DNA from: an uncultured bacterium
GTDB lineage: Bacteria; Krumholzibacteriota; Krumholzibacteriia; LZORAL124-64-63
Length of the DNA stretch: 64,000 nucleotides
Assembly: GCA_963727525.1 (NCBI GenBank)
Contig: CAVSGO010000005.1
Location: 544,001 to 608,000, forward strand
Direction: 5' to 3'
Numbering within the stretch: the first letter of the stretch is position 1; each line of letters begins with the position of its first letter. Positions 38,191 through 48,751 of the stretch are shown piece after piece. The notes under the pieces were generated by a model. That model made no database searches. It had not been told where the DNA came from and saw only the letters and a list, made by a program, of their open reading frames with translations. Both the position numbers and the translations under genes were made by a program.

Positions 38191-38266
38191 TGGAGCGGGA
38201 AACGGGGTTCGAACCCGCGACCCTCAGCTTGGAAGGCTGATGCTCTGCCAACTGAGCTATTCCCGC
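38191..38266 (-). tRNA. tRNA-Gly(TCC)
   Basis: GCGGGAA...TCAGC-CTTCCAA-GCTGA...TCCA. Confidence 0.97.
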
Positions 38267-38300
38267 TCCATACCGCCCGCGGTCTCGCGGATCGTCTCGG

Positions 38301-38386
38301 TGGTGGGGGGGGGAGGATTCGAACCTCCGTAGGCTACTGCCGACAGATTTACAGTCTGTTCCCTTTGGCCACTCGGGAACCCCCCC
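38301..38386 (-). tRNA. tRNA-Tyr(GTA)
   Basis: 86 nt with long variable arm; ACAGA-CTGTAAA-TCTGT; ends ACCA. Confidence 0.96.
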
Positions 38387-38442
38387 ACGCGTATCTTGCG
38401 CATGGGTCGGCCCCGGAAACGCGATGGGGCCTTCGCTAACGC

Positions 38443-38518
38443 TGGAGCTGGCGAGAGGACTTGAACCCCCAACCGCCTCATTACAAGTGAGGTGCTCTAC
38501 CAGTTGAGCTACGCCAGC
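38443..38518 (-). tRNA. tRNA-Thr(TGT)
   Basis: GCTGGCG...CCTCA-CTTGTAA-TGAGG...TCCA. Confidence 0.97.
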
Positions 38519-38582
38519 ACAAGTCCTCGGGCTGGCATCCGCCACCCTCGCGCGAGCGCGAACGCCGGCGCAAGGGACGGGG

Positions 38583-38612
38583 AATATAAATCTGGTTATG
38601 GCGCACTGTCAA
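38583..38612 (-). promoter_or_regulatory. sigma70-type promoter of the tRNA-tuf operon
   Basis: TTGACA-18 nt-TATATT followed by a GC-rich discriminator, about 65 nt upstream of tRNA-Thr. Confidence 0.75.
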
Positions 38613-38616
38613 GGCG

Positions 38617-40125
38617 CTATCCCCGGTCGACGCCTGGCTTTCCGCGGGCGCGGCCGGCCTCCTGATCGAGGGGCGTCACCCGGGCCCCCCGCGGACCATC
38701 GGTCACCTGGAACCCGTGGGTGCGGATCTCGTCCCGCAACGCATCGGCCCTCAACCAGTCGCGCCCCTGGCGGGCAGTTTCCCGTGCCGCCACGAGATCT
38801 CGCACCTCAGATGGAATTTCCATACTAGAAATCAAATCTCGCAATCCATCGGGAAATAGCCCCAGGATCTGGTCCGCGGCGTCCAGGAGCTCGACGGCGG
38901 ACGCGAGGGGGGCAAGATCGACGGGTCGGTCATCGGTGGCCTCGAGATACTGGTTCAGATCGCGCACGAGGGCGAAGATCGCGCCCAGGGCGCCGCCCGA
39001 GTTGAAGTCGTCGTCGAGGGCGGCGAAGAACTGCCGCTGCGCCTCGCCCACCGCCAGGGAGAAGGCCTGGCCCGGCAGCGAGACGAGTCCCTCGGGCAGC
39101 GGTGAGGTCCCGGCTTCCCGGTCGCCCACCGCTGCGCGCGCCACGAGAAGCCGGCGCACGCCCCGGCGCAACCGGTCGTACGCCGCCGCCGCCTCCCGCA
39201 GCCGATCGTCCCCGAAATCCAACTGGCTGCGGAAATGGACGCTCAGCAGGAAGAAGCGGATCACCTCCGCGGGATATCGTTGCATGAGGCCGTCAAGGTC
39301 CAGGACGTTGCCGTCGGATTTCGACATCTTGCGGCCGTCGAGGTTGAGCATCCCGTTGTGCAGCCAGAAGTTGGCGTACGGCTCGCCGGTGGCGCAGCAG
39401 CTCTGAGCCACCTCGTTCTCGTGGTGGGGAAACACGAGGTCTCGCCCACCACCGTGGAAATCGAAGTGCGGGCCGAGATACGCGGTCGCCATCACCGAGC
39501 ACTCGATGTGCCAGCCCGGTCGGCCACGCCCCCATGGCGATGCCCAGCCCGGTTCGTCCGGCGGCGCCGCCTTCCAGAGCGCGAAATCGAGGGGATCCTC
39601 CTTCGCGTCGCCCACCTCGACCCGGATGCCGCTGCGCATGTCGTCGACGCGCCGCCCGGAGAGCCGCCCATACGCATCGTAGGAGCGCACGCGGAAGTAC
39701 ACGTCGCCGGCTGCCGCGTAGGCATGCCCCGCCGCCACGAGACGCTCGATGAAGGCGACGATGGCGGGGATGTGCTCCGTCACCCGCGGATAGTGGTGCG
39801 CCGGCCAGACCATCAGGGCCCGCGCGGCCACGTGGTAGGCCGCGATGTTGCGCTCGGCCACCACCGACGCCGTCACGCCTTCCTCCCGGGCGCGGACGAT
39901 GATCTTGTCGTCGATATCCGTGAAGTTCTGGACATGCGTGACCGCGAATCCCCGGTACTCCAGGTAACGCCGCACCACGTCGCAGGCCACGAAGGCGAAC
40001 ATGTGGCCCAGGTGAGGCCGGTCCTGCACCGTCAAGCCGCAGACGTAAAGCCCCACGTGCCCCGGCTGCACGGGCACGAACGCGCGCTTCGCGCCCGTGA
40101 CCGCGTCGTAGACCCGCAGGGTCAC
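38617..40125 (-). CDS. cysS: Cysteine--tRNA ligase
   Basis: [33 protein letters not shown] at 40125 overlaps the ddl stop. Confidence 0.96.
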   Translation of the reverse strand: MTLRVYDAVTGAKRAFVPVQPGHVGLYVCGLTVQDRPHLGHMFAFVACDVVRRYLEYRGFAVTHVQNFTDIDDKIIVRAREEGVTASVVAERNIAAYHVAARALMVWPAHHYPRVTEHIPAIVAFIERLVAAGHAYAAAGDVYFRVRSYDAYGRLSGRRVDDMRSGIRVEVGDAKEDPLDFALWKAAPPDEPGWASPWGRGRPGWHIECSVMATAYLGPHFDFHGGGRDLVFPHHENEVAQSCCATGEPYANFWLHNGMLNLDGRKMSKSDGNVLDLDGLMQRYPAEVIRFFLLSVHFRSQLDFGDDRLREAAAAYDRLRRGVRRLLVARAAVGDREAGTSPLPEGLVSLPGQAFSLAVGEAQRQFFAALDDDFNSGGALGAIFALVRDLNQYLEATDDRPVDLAPLASAVELLDAADQILGLFPDGLRDLISSMEIPSEVRDLVAARETARQGRDWLRADALRDEIRTHGFQVTDGPRGARVTPLDQEAGRARGKPGVDRG

Positions 40126-41141
40126 GCCAGATCCCGGGTGTGGGGTATCCGAGCCTCGCGACAGAGGTCGTCGAGCAGCGCGCCGAAGGAGATGCCCACG
40201 GCCGCGGCCGCCTTGGGCACCAGGCTGTGCGCCGTCATGCCCGGAATGGTGTTGAGCTCGAGGCAGAAGTACCGATCGCCATCGAGCCGGAAATCCACCC
40301 GCGCCAGCCCGCGGCAGCCCACCAGGTCGAAGAGCCTCAACGCGTCGGCGCACATGTTCTCGTAGACCGGAGAGTTCACGGGCGCCGGTACGATGTACTC
40401 GCTGGCACCGGACGTGTACTTGTGCGCGTAGTCGTAGAAACCGTCGCGCGGCCTGATCTCGAGCAGCGGCAAGCGCCGGCCGAGCAGGATGGCGGCCGTC
40501 AGTTCGCGGCCGGGGATGTAACGCTCCAGCAAGATGTTCGCGGTACGCCCCTCGGCCGCGTCGGCTACGCGGGTGAAGGTGGTCGCGAAACCATCGGGGC
40601 CGGCAACGATCTCCACCCCCACGCTGCTGCCGGCGCCGTTGAGCTTGACGACGATGGGGTAGCCCAGTTCCTGACCCACGCGGTCCTGCACATGATCCAG
40701 GGTGAGCTGGCCGGGGATGCCGGCGCGCGGCGCCTGCAGGGGGTCCTGCCCGGCCATGGCCAGCGGCCCCCGCGCATCGCGATCCCAGGTCACGAGCAGC
40801 CAGTCGGGCGTGGGGACGCCAGCACTCGCCATGATCCTCTTGCTGGCCGCCTTGTCCATGGCCAGGGCGCTGGCAAGCGGCCCGGAAAGGGCATAGCGCA
40901 CACCGAGCACGTCGAGCACGGCTTGCAGATGCCCGTCCTCGCCCTCGCCGCCGTGCATCGCCGGAAACACCACGTCCCACGTGCCGAGGTCGGGATGTCC
41001 GATCACGTCGGCCACGCGGTCCAGCGCCACGGACGTCACGTCGTGCCCGGCCTCGGTCAGCGCTGCAGCCACGGCGCGACCGGATTCGAGCGAAATCTCA
41101 CGTTCGGGGGAATCTCCCCCCATCAGCACGGCGATGCGCAA
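40122..41141 (-). CDS. ddl: D-alanine--D-alanine ligase
   Basis: GGDSPEREIS, HGGEGEDG, GSSVG, FYDYAHKY, ELNTIPG; TTG start after AAGGAGG. Confidence 0.92.
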   Translation of the reverse strand: MRIAVLMGGDSPEREISLESGRAVAAALTEAGHDVTSVALDRVADVIGHPDLGTWDVVFPAMHGGEGEDGHLQAVLDVLGVRYALSGPLASALAMDKAASKRIMASAGVPTPDWLLVTWDRDARGPLAMAGQDPLQAPRAGIPGQLTLDHVQDRVGQELGYPIVVKLNGAGSSVGVEIVAGPDGFATTFTRVADAAEGRTANILLERYIPGRELTAAILLGRRLPLLEIRPRDGFYDYAHKYTSGASEYIVPAPVNSPVYENMCADALRLFDLVGCRGLARVDFRLDGDRYFCLELNTIPGMTAHSLVPKAAAAVGISFGALLDDLCREARIPHTRDLA

Positions 41142-41250
41142 CGCCGTCCTCCTTGCTCTTCTCTCGAAGACTGGACCTACCTCGTTCACGGGGAGGTTCA
41201 TTGTGCCGGTGGTTGCCGCGAGCGTCAACAGGCAGGCACGTCGGCGAGTT

Positions 41251-41733
41251 TCAATCGACGGTGGTGAGGAACACGATCGCCTGGGCCGTGATGCACTCCC
41301 CGCGGCCTTCCGGCCCGAGCCCCTCGCCGCGCGTGGCCTTCACGTTGACGGCCGCGATGGGCAGCCCGAGCGCCGCCGCCAGGGTCGCCCGCATCTCGGC
41401 GCGGCGCGGCGCGATGCGCGGCTCCTCGGCGATCACGGTGCAATCGACGTTGCCCACCCGGAAGCCTGCCGCCGCGACCATGGCCAGCACGCGCCGCAGG
41501 AGGTCGAGGCTGTCGGCTCCTGCCCAGGCTGGATCGGTGTCCGGGAAGTGCGTGCCGATGTCGTCGAGGCCGGCCGCCCCGAGCAGGGCGTCGATGATGG
41601 CGTGAGTGACCACGTCGGCGTCGGAATGGCCGCCGAGGCCGCGGGCCTGCGCGTCGAAGCACACTCCGCCGAGTATGCACGGCCGTCCGGCGACGAGAGG
41701 ATGGCGATCGTAACCCAGCCCGACACGGAACAC
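41251..41733 (-). CDS. ispF: 2-C-methyl-D-erythritol 2,4-cyclodiphosphate synthase
   Basis: [25 protein letters not shown]. Confidence 0.95.
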   Translation of the reverse strand: MFRVGLGYDRHPLVAGRPCILGGVCFDAQARGLGGHSDADVVTHAIIDALLGAAGLDDIGTHFPDTDPAWAGADSLDLLRRVLAMVAAAGFRVGNVDCTVIAEEPRIAPRRAEMRATLAAALGLPIAAVNVKATRGEGLGPEGRGECITAQAIVFLTTVD

Positions 41734-41918
41734 GCGGCACGCCTCCTGCGGAAAACACGATCCAGCGCGGCTCGATCCGACTCTAGTGCGAGGGCGTCCC
41801 GGCAGCAATGCCGTTCTCCCGCACCGGTTCGCTGCGTCACTGCGTCATGAATCCACCAAGCACGGGCAGCACGTCACGCACGATGGCCCTCATCAGGTAG
41901 GTCTCGACAGGAGGGCGC

Positions 41919-43268
41919 TCAGCCGTCGACCCGGCAGATCGAGAATCGGTACTTCCCCGAGCGTTCTTGCGGAATCCGGTCGACGGGCACGATGTCCGCG
42001 CGCATCGCCGCCCCCAGCGTGCGGTGCACGGTGTCGACGAGCGCCTGCTCGGTGGCCGCGTCGTAGGCCTCGCCCTGCACCAGGTTGATCGTGAGGTGGT
42101 CGCGCGCGTCCTGCACCATCTGCATCTGCAAGATGCCGGGGTACCGCGTCAGCGTGTTCTCGATGAGCGAGATACCAGCCACGCGCGAGCCGTCAAGAGC
42201 CCGCAGGAAATCGGCCACGCGACCAGTGACCTGCTCCATGAGCGGCAACCCCCGCCCGCACGGGCACTCCCGATCGGAGGGCACGCCGTGATCGCCCACC
42301 TCGTAGCGCAGCATCGGCATGCCGAGATTCACCAGCTCCGTCACCACGATCCGCCCGTCCTCGCCCGGCGCGCACGGCGAGCCGTCGTCGCGCAGAAACT
42401 CCACGATGTTGTGCTCGAAGTTCAGGTGCAGTCCCGCGTGCCGCTCGCACTCGCAGGCGATCAGGCTCACCTCCTCGCAGCCGTAGCGATTGGTCACCGG
42501 AACGCCGAACACCTCCTCGATCACGGCGCGCTCGGCGTCCAGCAGCATCATGCTCGAGGTCACGATGCCCGTGGGCCGCACGCCGTGATCGCGACCGCGC
42601 AGCGCGTCGGCGAGGATGAACACGCTGTGCGCGTGGCCGTACAGCAGCCCGGGCCGCAAGGCGTGCCACTCCCGCACGAAGCGGTCGATCGCCGCGTCGT
42701 CGATGTGCATGGTGTCGAGGTAGATCAACCGATCCTTCAGCGCGAGACGCAGGCGGTTGCGCCACGTCTGCGGCGTCGGCGGATTGCCCCACACCGCGGC
42801 GATCGGTTGCCCGAGCCGCCACCCCGACCACCCATCGCTACGCAGAGCCGCAGCGTTGCGCCGCTGCACCCCCCGCGCGTCGCAGAACACTCGCAGCGCC
42901 ACCCCCGTGGATCCGCCCGTCTTGGCCGGCACCAGATCCTCCCGCCGAAATCGCGACGACAGGATCGCATCCAGATGCTCGCGCACGTCCGCCTTCGTCA
43001 GCAGCGGCAACGACGCCAGGTCCTCGATCGTGTTCACCACTGCCGGCTCGATCCCTGCCGTATCGAGCCGCTCCCGATGGAACGGCGACGTCGCGTGCGC
43101 ATGCATGAGCACGGCCCGCAACCGTTGCCGCCGCAGCCCTTCCAGCCGCTCCCGGTCCCACCACTGGCTCCGCTGCAACTGCCGCAGCTCCTTCAGCCGC
43201 ACGCTCCCCTCGTACAGGTCCCACGCCGGCTCCAGCACGCCGGCCACGATACGATCCGGCAGCCTCAT
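41919..43268 (-). CDS. CapK/PaaK-like adenylate-forming (phenylacetate-CoA ligase family) enzyme
   Basis: KTGGSTG, YGCEEV, MPMLRYEVGD, GR.AD, SGKYR; ATG overlaps the stop of the upstream gene. Confidence 0.85.
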   Translation of the reverse strand: MRLPDRIVAGVLEPAWDLYEGSVRLKELRQLQRSQWWDRERLEGLRRQRLRAVLMHAHATSPFHRERLDTAGIEPAVVNTIEDLASLPLLTKADVREHLDAILSSRFRREDLVPAKTGGSTGVALRVFCDARGVQRRNAAALRSDGWSGWRLGQPIAAVWGNPPTPQTWRNRLRLALKDRLIYLDTMHIDDAAIDRFVREWHALRPGLLYGHAHSVFILADALRGRDHGVRPTGIVTSSMMLLDAERAVIEEVFGVPVTNRYGCEEVSLIACECERHAGLHLNFEHNIVEFLRDDGSPCAPGEDGRIVVTELVNLGMPMLRYEVGDHGVPSDRECPCGRGLPLMEQVTGRVADFLRALDGSRVAGISLIENTLTRYPGILQMQMVQDARDHLTINLVQGEAYDAATEQALVDTVHRTLGAAMRADIVPVDRIPQERSGKYRFSICRVDG

Positions 43269-43855
43269 GCCTGCGAGTCCTTTCCGGGCTGCGGCGCCAC
43301 AGGGATGTACTCCGCGCTGCCCGCGTAGCTGATGACCTTCGCGGGCACGCCGCCGACCACCGCGTTCTCCTCGGTATCCTTGACCACCACCGCGTTGGCG
43401 CCGATCACCGTGCCGTCGGCGATCGTGATGGGCCCCACGACCTTGGCGCCAGGCGCGATGTACACGCGATCGCCGATGTGCGGCGCCCCCCACACATCGC
43501 CCTTGCGCGCGAGACCGATGGTCACGCCTTGCGACAGGTTGCAGTCGCATCCCATGACCACGTCGGTGTGCAGCACGATCTGGCCGAAGTGGCCGATGTA
43601 CAGGCCCGGACCGATCCGGCAATCGGGCGAGATCGAGATCCCCGTGGTGATCTCCACCCACTTCCACCACATATGGTACAACCCCATCACGAGATGGCGT
43701 ATTCCCGGGACCAGGCGGCGCTGGTTCAGAGCGTGCCCGGCCCGGTAGCACACGATGGCCCAGAGTCCCTGGTTCTCCAGGAGCAGGCGCAGCGTCGATT
43801 GGCGGCTGCCGTAGCGCCGCAACCGCCCGATGTCGGCCTTCAGGTTCGCGAACAT
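43265..43855 (-). CDS. Serine-acetyltransferase-like hexapeptide O-acetyltransferase (WcaB/EpsC type)
   Basis: IGPGLYIGH, QGVTIG, IGANAVV, VGGVPAK. Confidence 0.85.
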   Translation of the reverse strand: MFANLKADIGRLRRYGSRQSTLRLLLENQGLWAIVCYRAGHALNQRRLVPGIRHLVMGLYHMWWKWVEITTGISISPDCRIGPGLYIGHFGQIVLHTDVVMGCDCNLSQGVTIGLARKGDVWGAPHIGDRVYIAPGAKVVGPITIADGTVIGANAVVVKDTEENAVVGGVPAKVISYAGSAEYIPVAPQPGKDSQA

Positions 43856-43858
43856 CGG

Positions 43859-44968
43859 CTACGCTCCCGCCGCGGGCCGGCCGGCGGCGGCAAGCCCGTG
43901 CTGGTAAAGGTCCACGTGCCGCGCCACGCAGCGGTCCCAGCTATACTCGGCGACCGCCCGTTCCCGCGCCTGCCGCGCCAGCCGGCGCCGCAGCAGAGGA
44001 TCGGCCAGGTACTTACCGATGGCTTCCGCGAGCGCTCGTGCATCGCCCGGCGGTACCAGCAAGCCCGACACGTCATCCACGATCGCCTCGGAGTTCCCGC
44101 CCACGTCAGTGGCCACCACCGCCGCGCCCGCCAGCATGTACTCGAGCACCGCGTTGGAGAAGCCCTCGGTATCCGAGCACAGCACGCCCACCTGCAACCC
44201 CGTCAGATAGGCCGGCACGTCGGACAGGCGTCCCGCGAAGACGGCGCGCTCACCGAGCCCCAGTTCCCGCGCCCGCGCCTCGAGCGTGGGCCGCAGATGC
44301 CCATCGCCTACCACATGCCAGCGCACATGGGGAAAGTCGCCGGCCAGCAGGCCCGCAGCCTCCACGAACAGGTCGATGCGCTTCACCTCGCGGTTCATGT
44401 TGCCAACGATCCCCACGTCCGTCGTGGGTCCTTCGTGATCATGGAACGGGATAGCCTCCGGATCCAGACCGTTGGGGATCACCGTGATCCGGTCGGGGGC
44501 GAGGCCGTCGGCATGCCGGAAGTGGTCGCGAACCGCCTCGGAATTGGCCACGAAACCGGTGAAGCGGGGGTAGGCGCGCCGCATCAGGAACTCCTGGCGC
44601 GGCGTGCGCCAGAAACCCAGGTCGCGGAACGACGCCAGACGTACCGGCACCCGGGCCGCGCCGGCCGCCCAACCGCCCAGGACGGTGGCGTCCTGGAAGA
44701 AGGTCTGCACCACGTCGATACGCTGCTCGCGCAGGTATGCGGCGAGCCGTCGCCCCACCATCAACGCCCCCGGCGACAGCAAACGACGCACCCCGAGGGC
44801 GCGCGTGGGACAATCGGCCACCGGGATGGGGTCGTGGCCGGGCCGTAGCGTGACCAGGTGCGGCTGCACCGCGGACCGATCGAGCCGCTGCACGAGGCCG
44901 GCGAGCTGGGTCTCCGTACCACCACCGCGTTCCAGGGCATCGATGCAGTAAACGACGCGGATCGGCAC
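43859..44968 (-). CDS. Glycosyltransferase family 4
   Basis: GGTE, IPNG, EGFSNAVLEYM, ATDVGG. Confidence 0.9.
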   Translation of the reverse strand: MPIRVVYCIDALERGGGTETQLAGLVQRLDRSAVQPHLVTLRPGHDPIPVADCPTRALGVRRLLSPGALMVGRRLAAYLREQRIDVVQTFFQDATVLGGWAAGAARVPVRLASFRDLGFWRTPRQEFLMRRAYPRFTGFVANSEAVRDHFRHADGLAPDRITVIPNGLDPEAIPFHDHEGPTTDVGIVGNMNREVKRIDLFVEAAGLLAGDFPHVRWHVVGDGHLRPTLEARARELGLGERAVFAGRLSDVPAYLTGLQVGVLCSDTEGFSNAVLEYMLAGAAVVATDVGGNSEAIVDDVSGLLVPPGDARALAEAIGKYLADPLLRRRLARQARERAVAEYSWDRCVARHVDLYQHGLAAAGRPAAGA

Positions 44969-45020
44969 GTTGGCGTCCTCACGGTCCGGATCAGGAATGC
45001 GTCAAGCGTGACCAAAGGAG

Positions 45021-45050
45021 TCGACATGAACGGCCGGGAGTATATATCAT
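45021..45050 (+). promoter_or_regulatory. Candidate sigma70 promoter in a divergent spacer
   Basis: TCGACA-18 nt-TATCAT within an AT-rich core between divergent genes. Confidence 0.45.
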
Positions 45051-45104
45051 AGTTGCCCTCGACGCGCGACGACGCGGATACGTGAACCACGGCAGCGGTG
45101 ATTC

Positions 45105-46187
45105 TTGAAACGAGACCTCAAAGCCCTGCTCCTCGCTGCCCCCGGGTTCCAGGCATTCTGCCGCCTGCTCACCCGGCGGCACGTACGGGCGCTGATGTAT
45201 CATCGCTTCCGCTCTCAGGACGCCCCGGCCGATCACCATCCCGACGCGGCGACTCTCGACTGGCAGATGCGCCAGGTCAAGGCTCATCACGCCGTGTGGA
45301 CGGTGTCCCGCCATCACGATGCCGTCACGGGCAAGCGACCGGTCGACGCCGCCTGCCCCGTCGTGATCACCGTGGACGACGGCTACGCCGACTTCCACGA
45401 CATCGCGTTTCCGATCTTCCGGCAGCACGGCATCCCCGCCTTGCTCTACGTCACCACGGGGTTCGTCGACGGCCAGGTGTGGTTCTGGTGGGACCAGGTC
45501 GCCTATCTCCTCGACGCGGCGCCCGCCGGCGCCACCGCCTTCGCATACGACAGCGAGACATTCGCGCTGGATCTCGCCACCCGCGAAGGCCGTCGCGCTG
45601 CCTGGAACCAGCTGTGCGATCGCTGCCGTTTCCTGCCCGATGAGCACAAGCATGCGCTCATCGCCGCCCTCGCCGCTCATCTCGGTGTCGCCCAGCCAGG
45701 GCGGCCGCCGGCGGAATATGGCCCGGTCACCTGGGACCAGATCCGGATGATGCGCGCTGCCGGCATGGAATTCGGGGCCCACACGGTGTCCCACCCCATC
45801 CTCACGCGCATCGACGCGGCCAAGCTGCCACACGAGTTGCGCGGTTCGCGCGAGCGCCTCGAGACCGAGCTGGGCGAGGCCGTGCCCTGGTTCTGCTATC
45901 CCCAGGGCGGTCCGGCCGATTTCTCGGCCGACATCGTCGCCGGTGTCCAGGCCGCCGGGTTCGCGGGCAGCTACCTGGCGTACCAGGAGGTCGTCGTCGC
46001 CGCCACGCCCTACACGATGCCGCGCTATTGCGTGTCCGCCGACCCCATCGCCTTCCGCTGGGTCCTCTGCGGCGCCGAGTACCTCGGCTTGCGCCTGCGC
46101 CGCCTGCTGGGTCGATCCACGGGCCCGGGCGCCCGCTACTGGTCCGGGTCGGAAGCTGCATCGTCCGCGGAGGTGGTCTATGACTGA
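45105..46187 (+). CDS. Polysaccharide deacetylase (CE4/NodB-like)
   Basis: LMYH, ITVDDG, GAHTVSHP, FCYPQG. Confidence 0.88.
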   Translation: MKRDLKALLLAAPGFQAFCRLLTRRHVRALMYHRFRSQDAPADHHPDAATLDWQMRQVKAHHAVWTVSRHHDAVTGKRPVDAACPVVITVDDGYADFHDIAFPIFRQHGIPALLYVTTGFVDGQVWFWWDQVAYLLDAAPAGATAFAYDSETFALDLATREGRRAAWNQLCDRCRFLPDEHKHALIAALAAHLGVAQPGRPPAEYGPVTWDQIRMMRAAGMEFGAHTVSHPILTRIDAAKLPHELRGSRERLETELGEAVPWFCYPQGGPADFSADIVAGVQAAGFAGSYLAYQEVVVAATPYTMPRYCVSADPIAFRWVLCGAEYLGLRLRRLLGRSTGPGARYWSGSEAASSAEVVYD

Positions 46188-47064
46188 CCAGCCCCTCGTC
46201 TCCGTCGTCACGGCCGCCTACAACATGGGTCAGTACCTCGACGAGGCCATCACTTCGGTCTTGCACCAGGATTACCCGCACGTGCAGGTCATCGTGGTCG
46301 ACGACGGCTCCAGCGACCCTGTCACGCCGCAGGTGCTCGAACGTTATGCCGACCATGCGCAGGTAACGGTGATCCGCCAGGCCAACGCCGGACAGACGGT
46401 GGCCAAGAACCGCGGCCTGGCGGCGGCCAAGGGCGACTTCGTGGGCTTCTGCGACGCCGACAACGCCTGGCTGCCCGACAAGCTGAGCCGCCAGCTCGCC
46501 GCCTTCCGGGAGCGGCCCGACCTGGGCGTGGTCTACGGCGACCTGCAACTCATCGGCACCGAGGGCGAGGATCTGCCCACGCCCGCAGTGGCGCGCCATA
46601 GCGGGCGTATCACGGGCAAGCTGCTGGCCGACAACTTCGTCACCTTCAACACCACGCTCACACCGCGACGCATCCTCGAGGAGATGGGCGGATTCGACGA
46701 GCGCCTGCGCATGGCCATCGACTACGATCTGTGGCTGCGCATCTCGGTGAAGTACGAGTTCCTCCACCTGCCCACCCCGCTGGTGCGCTACCGCATCTGG
46801 GGCGGCCAGATGTCCCACCGCACGGGCGAACGCCTCGAGAGCTACTTCCGCCTGCTCGAGAATTTCCTGGCCCAGCACCCCGGCGCGGTGAACCAGGCCG
46901 ACGTCCGCCGCGCCTACGGCTACACCTACACGACCCGCGCCAACTGGCACCGCTCCCAGGGCCGCCGCCAGGAAGCCTGGGCCGACTACCGCCGTGCCAT
47001 GCAGAAGAACCCCCTCGACGCGCGCCTGTGGAAATGCACGGCGCGCTGCCTGCTGGGGCGCTGA
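46180..47064 (+). CDS. Glycosyltransferase family 2
   Basis: VSVV..AYN, VVDDGS, FCDAD, DYDLWLR; ATG at 46180. Confidence 0.9.
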   Translation: MTDQPLVSVVTAAYNMGQYLDEAITSVLHQDYPHVQVIVVDDGSSDPVTPQVLERYADHAQVTVIRQANAGQTVAKNRGLAAAKGDFVGFCDADNAWLPDKLSRQLAAFRERPDLGVVYGDLQLIGTEGEDLPTPAVARHSGRITGKLLADNFVTFNTTLTPRRILEEMGGFDERLRMAIDYDLWLRISVKYEFLHLPTPLVRYRIWGGQMSHRTGERLESYFRLLENFLAQHPGAVNQADVRRAYGYTYTTRANWHRSQGRRQEAWADYRRAMQKNPLDARLWKCTARCLLGR

Positions 47065-47066
47065 AC

Positions 47067-48053
47067 ATGGCCCTCGCCTGCCGCTGGGCCACGCCGGAAG
47101 ACCTCCCCGCCCTCGAGCTGTTCCTGGCCGAGACCTACGGTGCCAATTCCGTGCAGGCCCTCCCCGGCCGCTGCCGCTGGCTGTACTTCGAGCATCCCGA
47201 CGGCCTGCACGTCACTCTCTGCGAGGAGACGGACGGCCGCCTCGTGGGCTGCTGCGGCCATCTGCCGGTCACGCTCCGCGTGAACGACCGCAACGTCACC
47301 GCCGCATTCGGCATCGATTTCATGGTCCACCCCGCGTACCGGCGGCGCGGCATCGCCCGCGAGATGCTCCGCCTGCGCCTCGAGCATTTCGACGTGAGCC
47401 TGTCGAGCGGCCAATCGGAGGCCATGGGCTCGGTCTACGCCGCCCACGGCGGCAGTGTGAGCTTCCCGTTTCACCGGGCCCTGCGAGTGCGGCGGATGAC
47501 GCCCGCGCTTTCCCCGCGCATCCTCGCCCGCGACGCCCTGGGCCTCGCACTCGCCCTGCGCTCGCCCCGCCGCAAGGCCGCCCGCCGATCCGCAAGCCTC
47601 GATCCCGCGCTCCCCTTGCCCGAGGCCGCAGACGGGGCAGCCCCCCTCGCATCGCTGCCGTCCCTGCAATGGCGCTTCCAGCGCGGGCCGTATCGCGACT
47701 ACGCCGTATCCGTGTTGCTGACCGACAATGCGCCGGTCGGCGCGGTGATCTCCCGGTTCACGGCAGACTGCGAGCGGATCCTCGCCCTTGGTGGCCCGGC
47801 CTCCAGGCACGTGGACCTGCTGAATCTGGCGGCCAGAACCTCTCCCTCGCGCGCCGTGGAGGTGCTGACGACCAGTCCCGGCATGGTCGTTGCTGCCCGG
47901 TCAGCGGGATATCTCGTGCGTCCGCTCGACGCCCTGGCGGTCGCCGTGTCGCGCGATGCTTCGCTGATCGCCGCACTCCGGCAGCAGGGCCTCGCCCTCA
48001 TGGCCGGCGACTCGGACACGGATCTGCTGCGCCGCCCCCGGTCCGATGCCTGA
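47067..48053 (+). CDS. GNAT-family acyltransferase
   Basis: DFMVHPAYRRRGIA CoA-binding motif; C-terminal GDSD; ATG at 47067. Confidence 0.75.
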   Translation: MALACRWATPEDLPALELFLAETYGANSVQALPGRCRWLYFEHPDGLHVTLCEETDGRLVGCCGHLPVTLRVNDRNVTAAFGIDFMVHPAYRRRGIAREMLRLRLEHFDVSLSSGQSEAMGSVYAAHGGSVSFPFHRALRVRRMTPALSPRILARDALGLALALRSPRRKAARRSASLDPALPLPEAADGAAPLASLPSLQWRFQRGPYRDYAVSVLLTDNAPVGAVISRFTADCERILALGGPASRHVDLLNLAARTSPSRAVEVLTTSPGMVVAARSAGYLVRPLDALAVAVSRDASLIAALRQQGLALMAGDSDTDLLRRPRSDA

Positions 48054-48747
48054 AAGAGAGACTGATGTGATGAAGAGACTGCTGGGGAAGACTCGCGTCT
48101 ACCAGGCCTTGAGTTTTGCCTACGACGAGTATGCCAAACGCCGGCACACGCCCAGCGACCCGGCGCTATTCCGCCACGTGGGCGCTCACTCGGAGATTCA
48201 CGGAAACGTCTATACCTCGTTTCCGGGACGTATCTGGGTCGGCGAGTGGTCCACCGTCATGGGCCAGGTGTACATCCACGCCATGGGCGGCGTGCACATC
48301 GGCAACTACGTGGGCATCGGCTACGCCACCGTCATCCTCACGTTCAACCACCGCTACCGCAATGCCCGCTCCATCCCCTTCGACGATGGCGTGTTCCTGC
48401 AGCCGGTGATCATCCGCGACTTCGCCTGGGTGGGCTGGAATTCCACCGTCCTGCCTGGCGTGGAGATCGGCGAGGGCGCCATCGTATCCATGGGCTCCGT
48501 GGTGACGAAGAACGTTCCGCCTCTCGCCATCGTCCAGGGCAACCCGGCCGAGATCATCGGCTACCGCAGCAGGGACCACTTCGAGGCATGCAAGGCCGAG
48601 GGCCGCGTGAATCCTCACCGCGTGATCGAGGCCTTCGGCAAGTTCGACGAGATAATTCCCATGATGACACGCAAGCGCTACGAAAAGGAGCTGCGTGACA
48701 TCGGCCTGATTCCTGAAGACGAGCCACCGTCCGCGAACGAAGGCTGA
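48046..48747 (+). CDS. Hexapeptide-repeat acyltransferase (maltose/galactoside acetyltransferase-like)
   Basis: GGVHIGNYV, VLPGVEIGEGAIV, GNPA. Confidence 0.85.
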   Translation: MPERETDVMKRLLGKTRVYQALSFAYDEYAKRRHTPSDPALFRHVGAHSEIHGNVYTSFPGRIWVGEWSTVMGQVYIHAMGGVHIGNYVGIGYATVILTFNHRYRNARSIPFDDGVFLQPVIIRDFAWVGWNSTVLPGVEIGEGAIVSMGSVVTKNVPPLAIVQGNPAEIIGYRSRDHFEACKAEGRVNPHRVIEAFGKFDEIIPMMTRKRYEKELRDIGLIPEDEPPSANEG

Positions 48748-48751
48748 TGCC

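Noticed and set aside
38617-43751. ORF-track N-terminal extensions suggesting ddl-cysS or acetyltransferase-CapK fusions (787 aa, 610 aa)
   Set aside because: The extensions are alternative-frame translations of the upstream genes; the real starts overlap the upstream stops (GTGA/ATGA).
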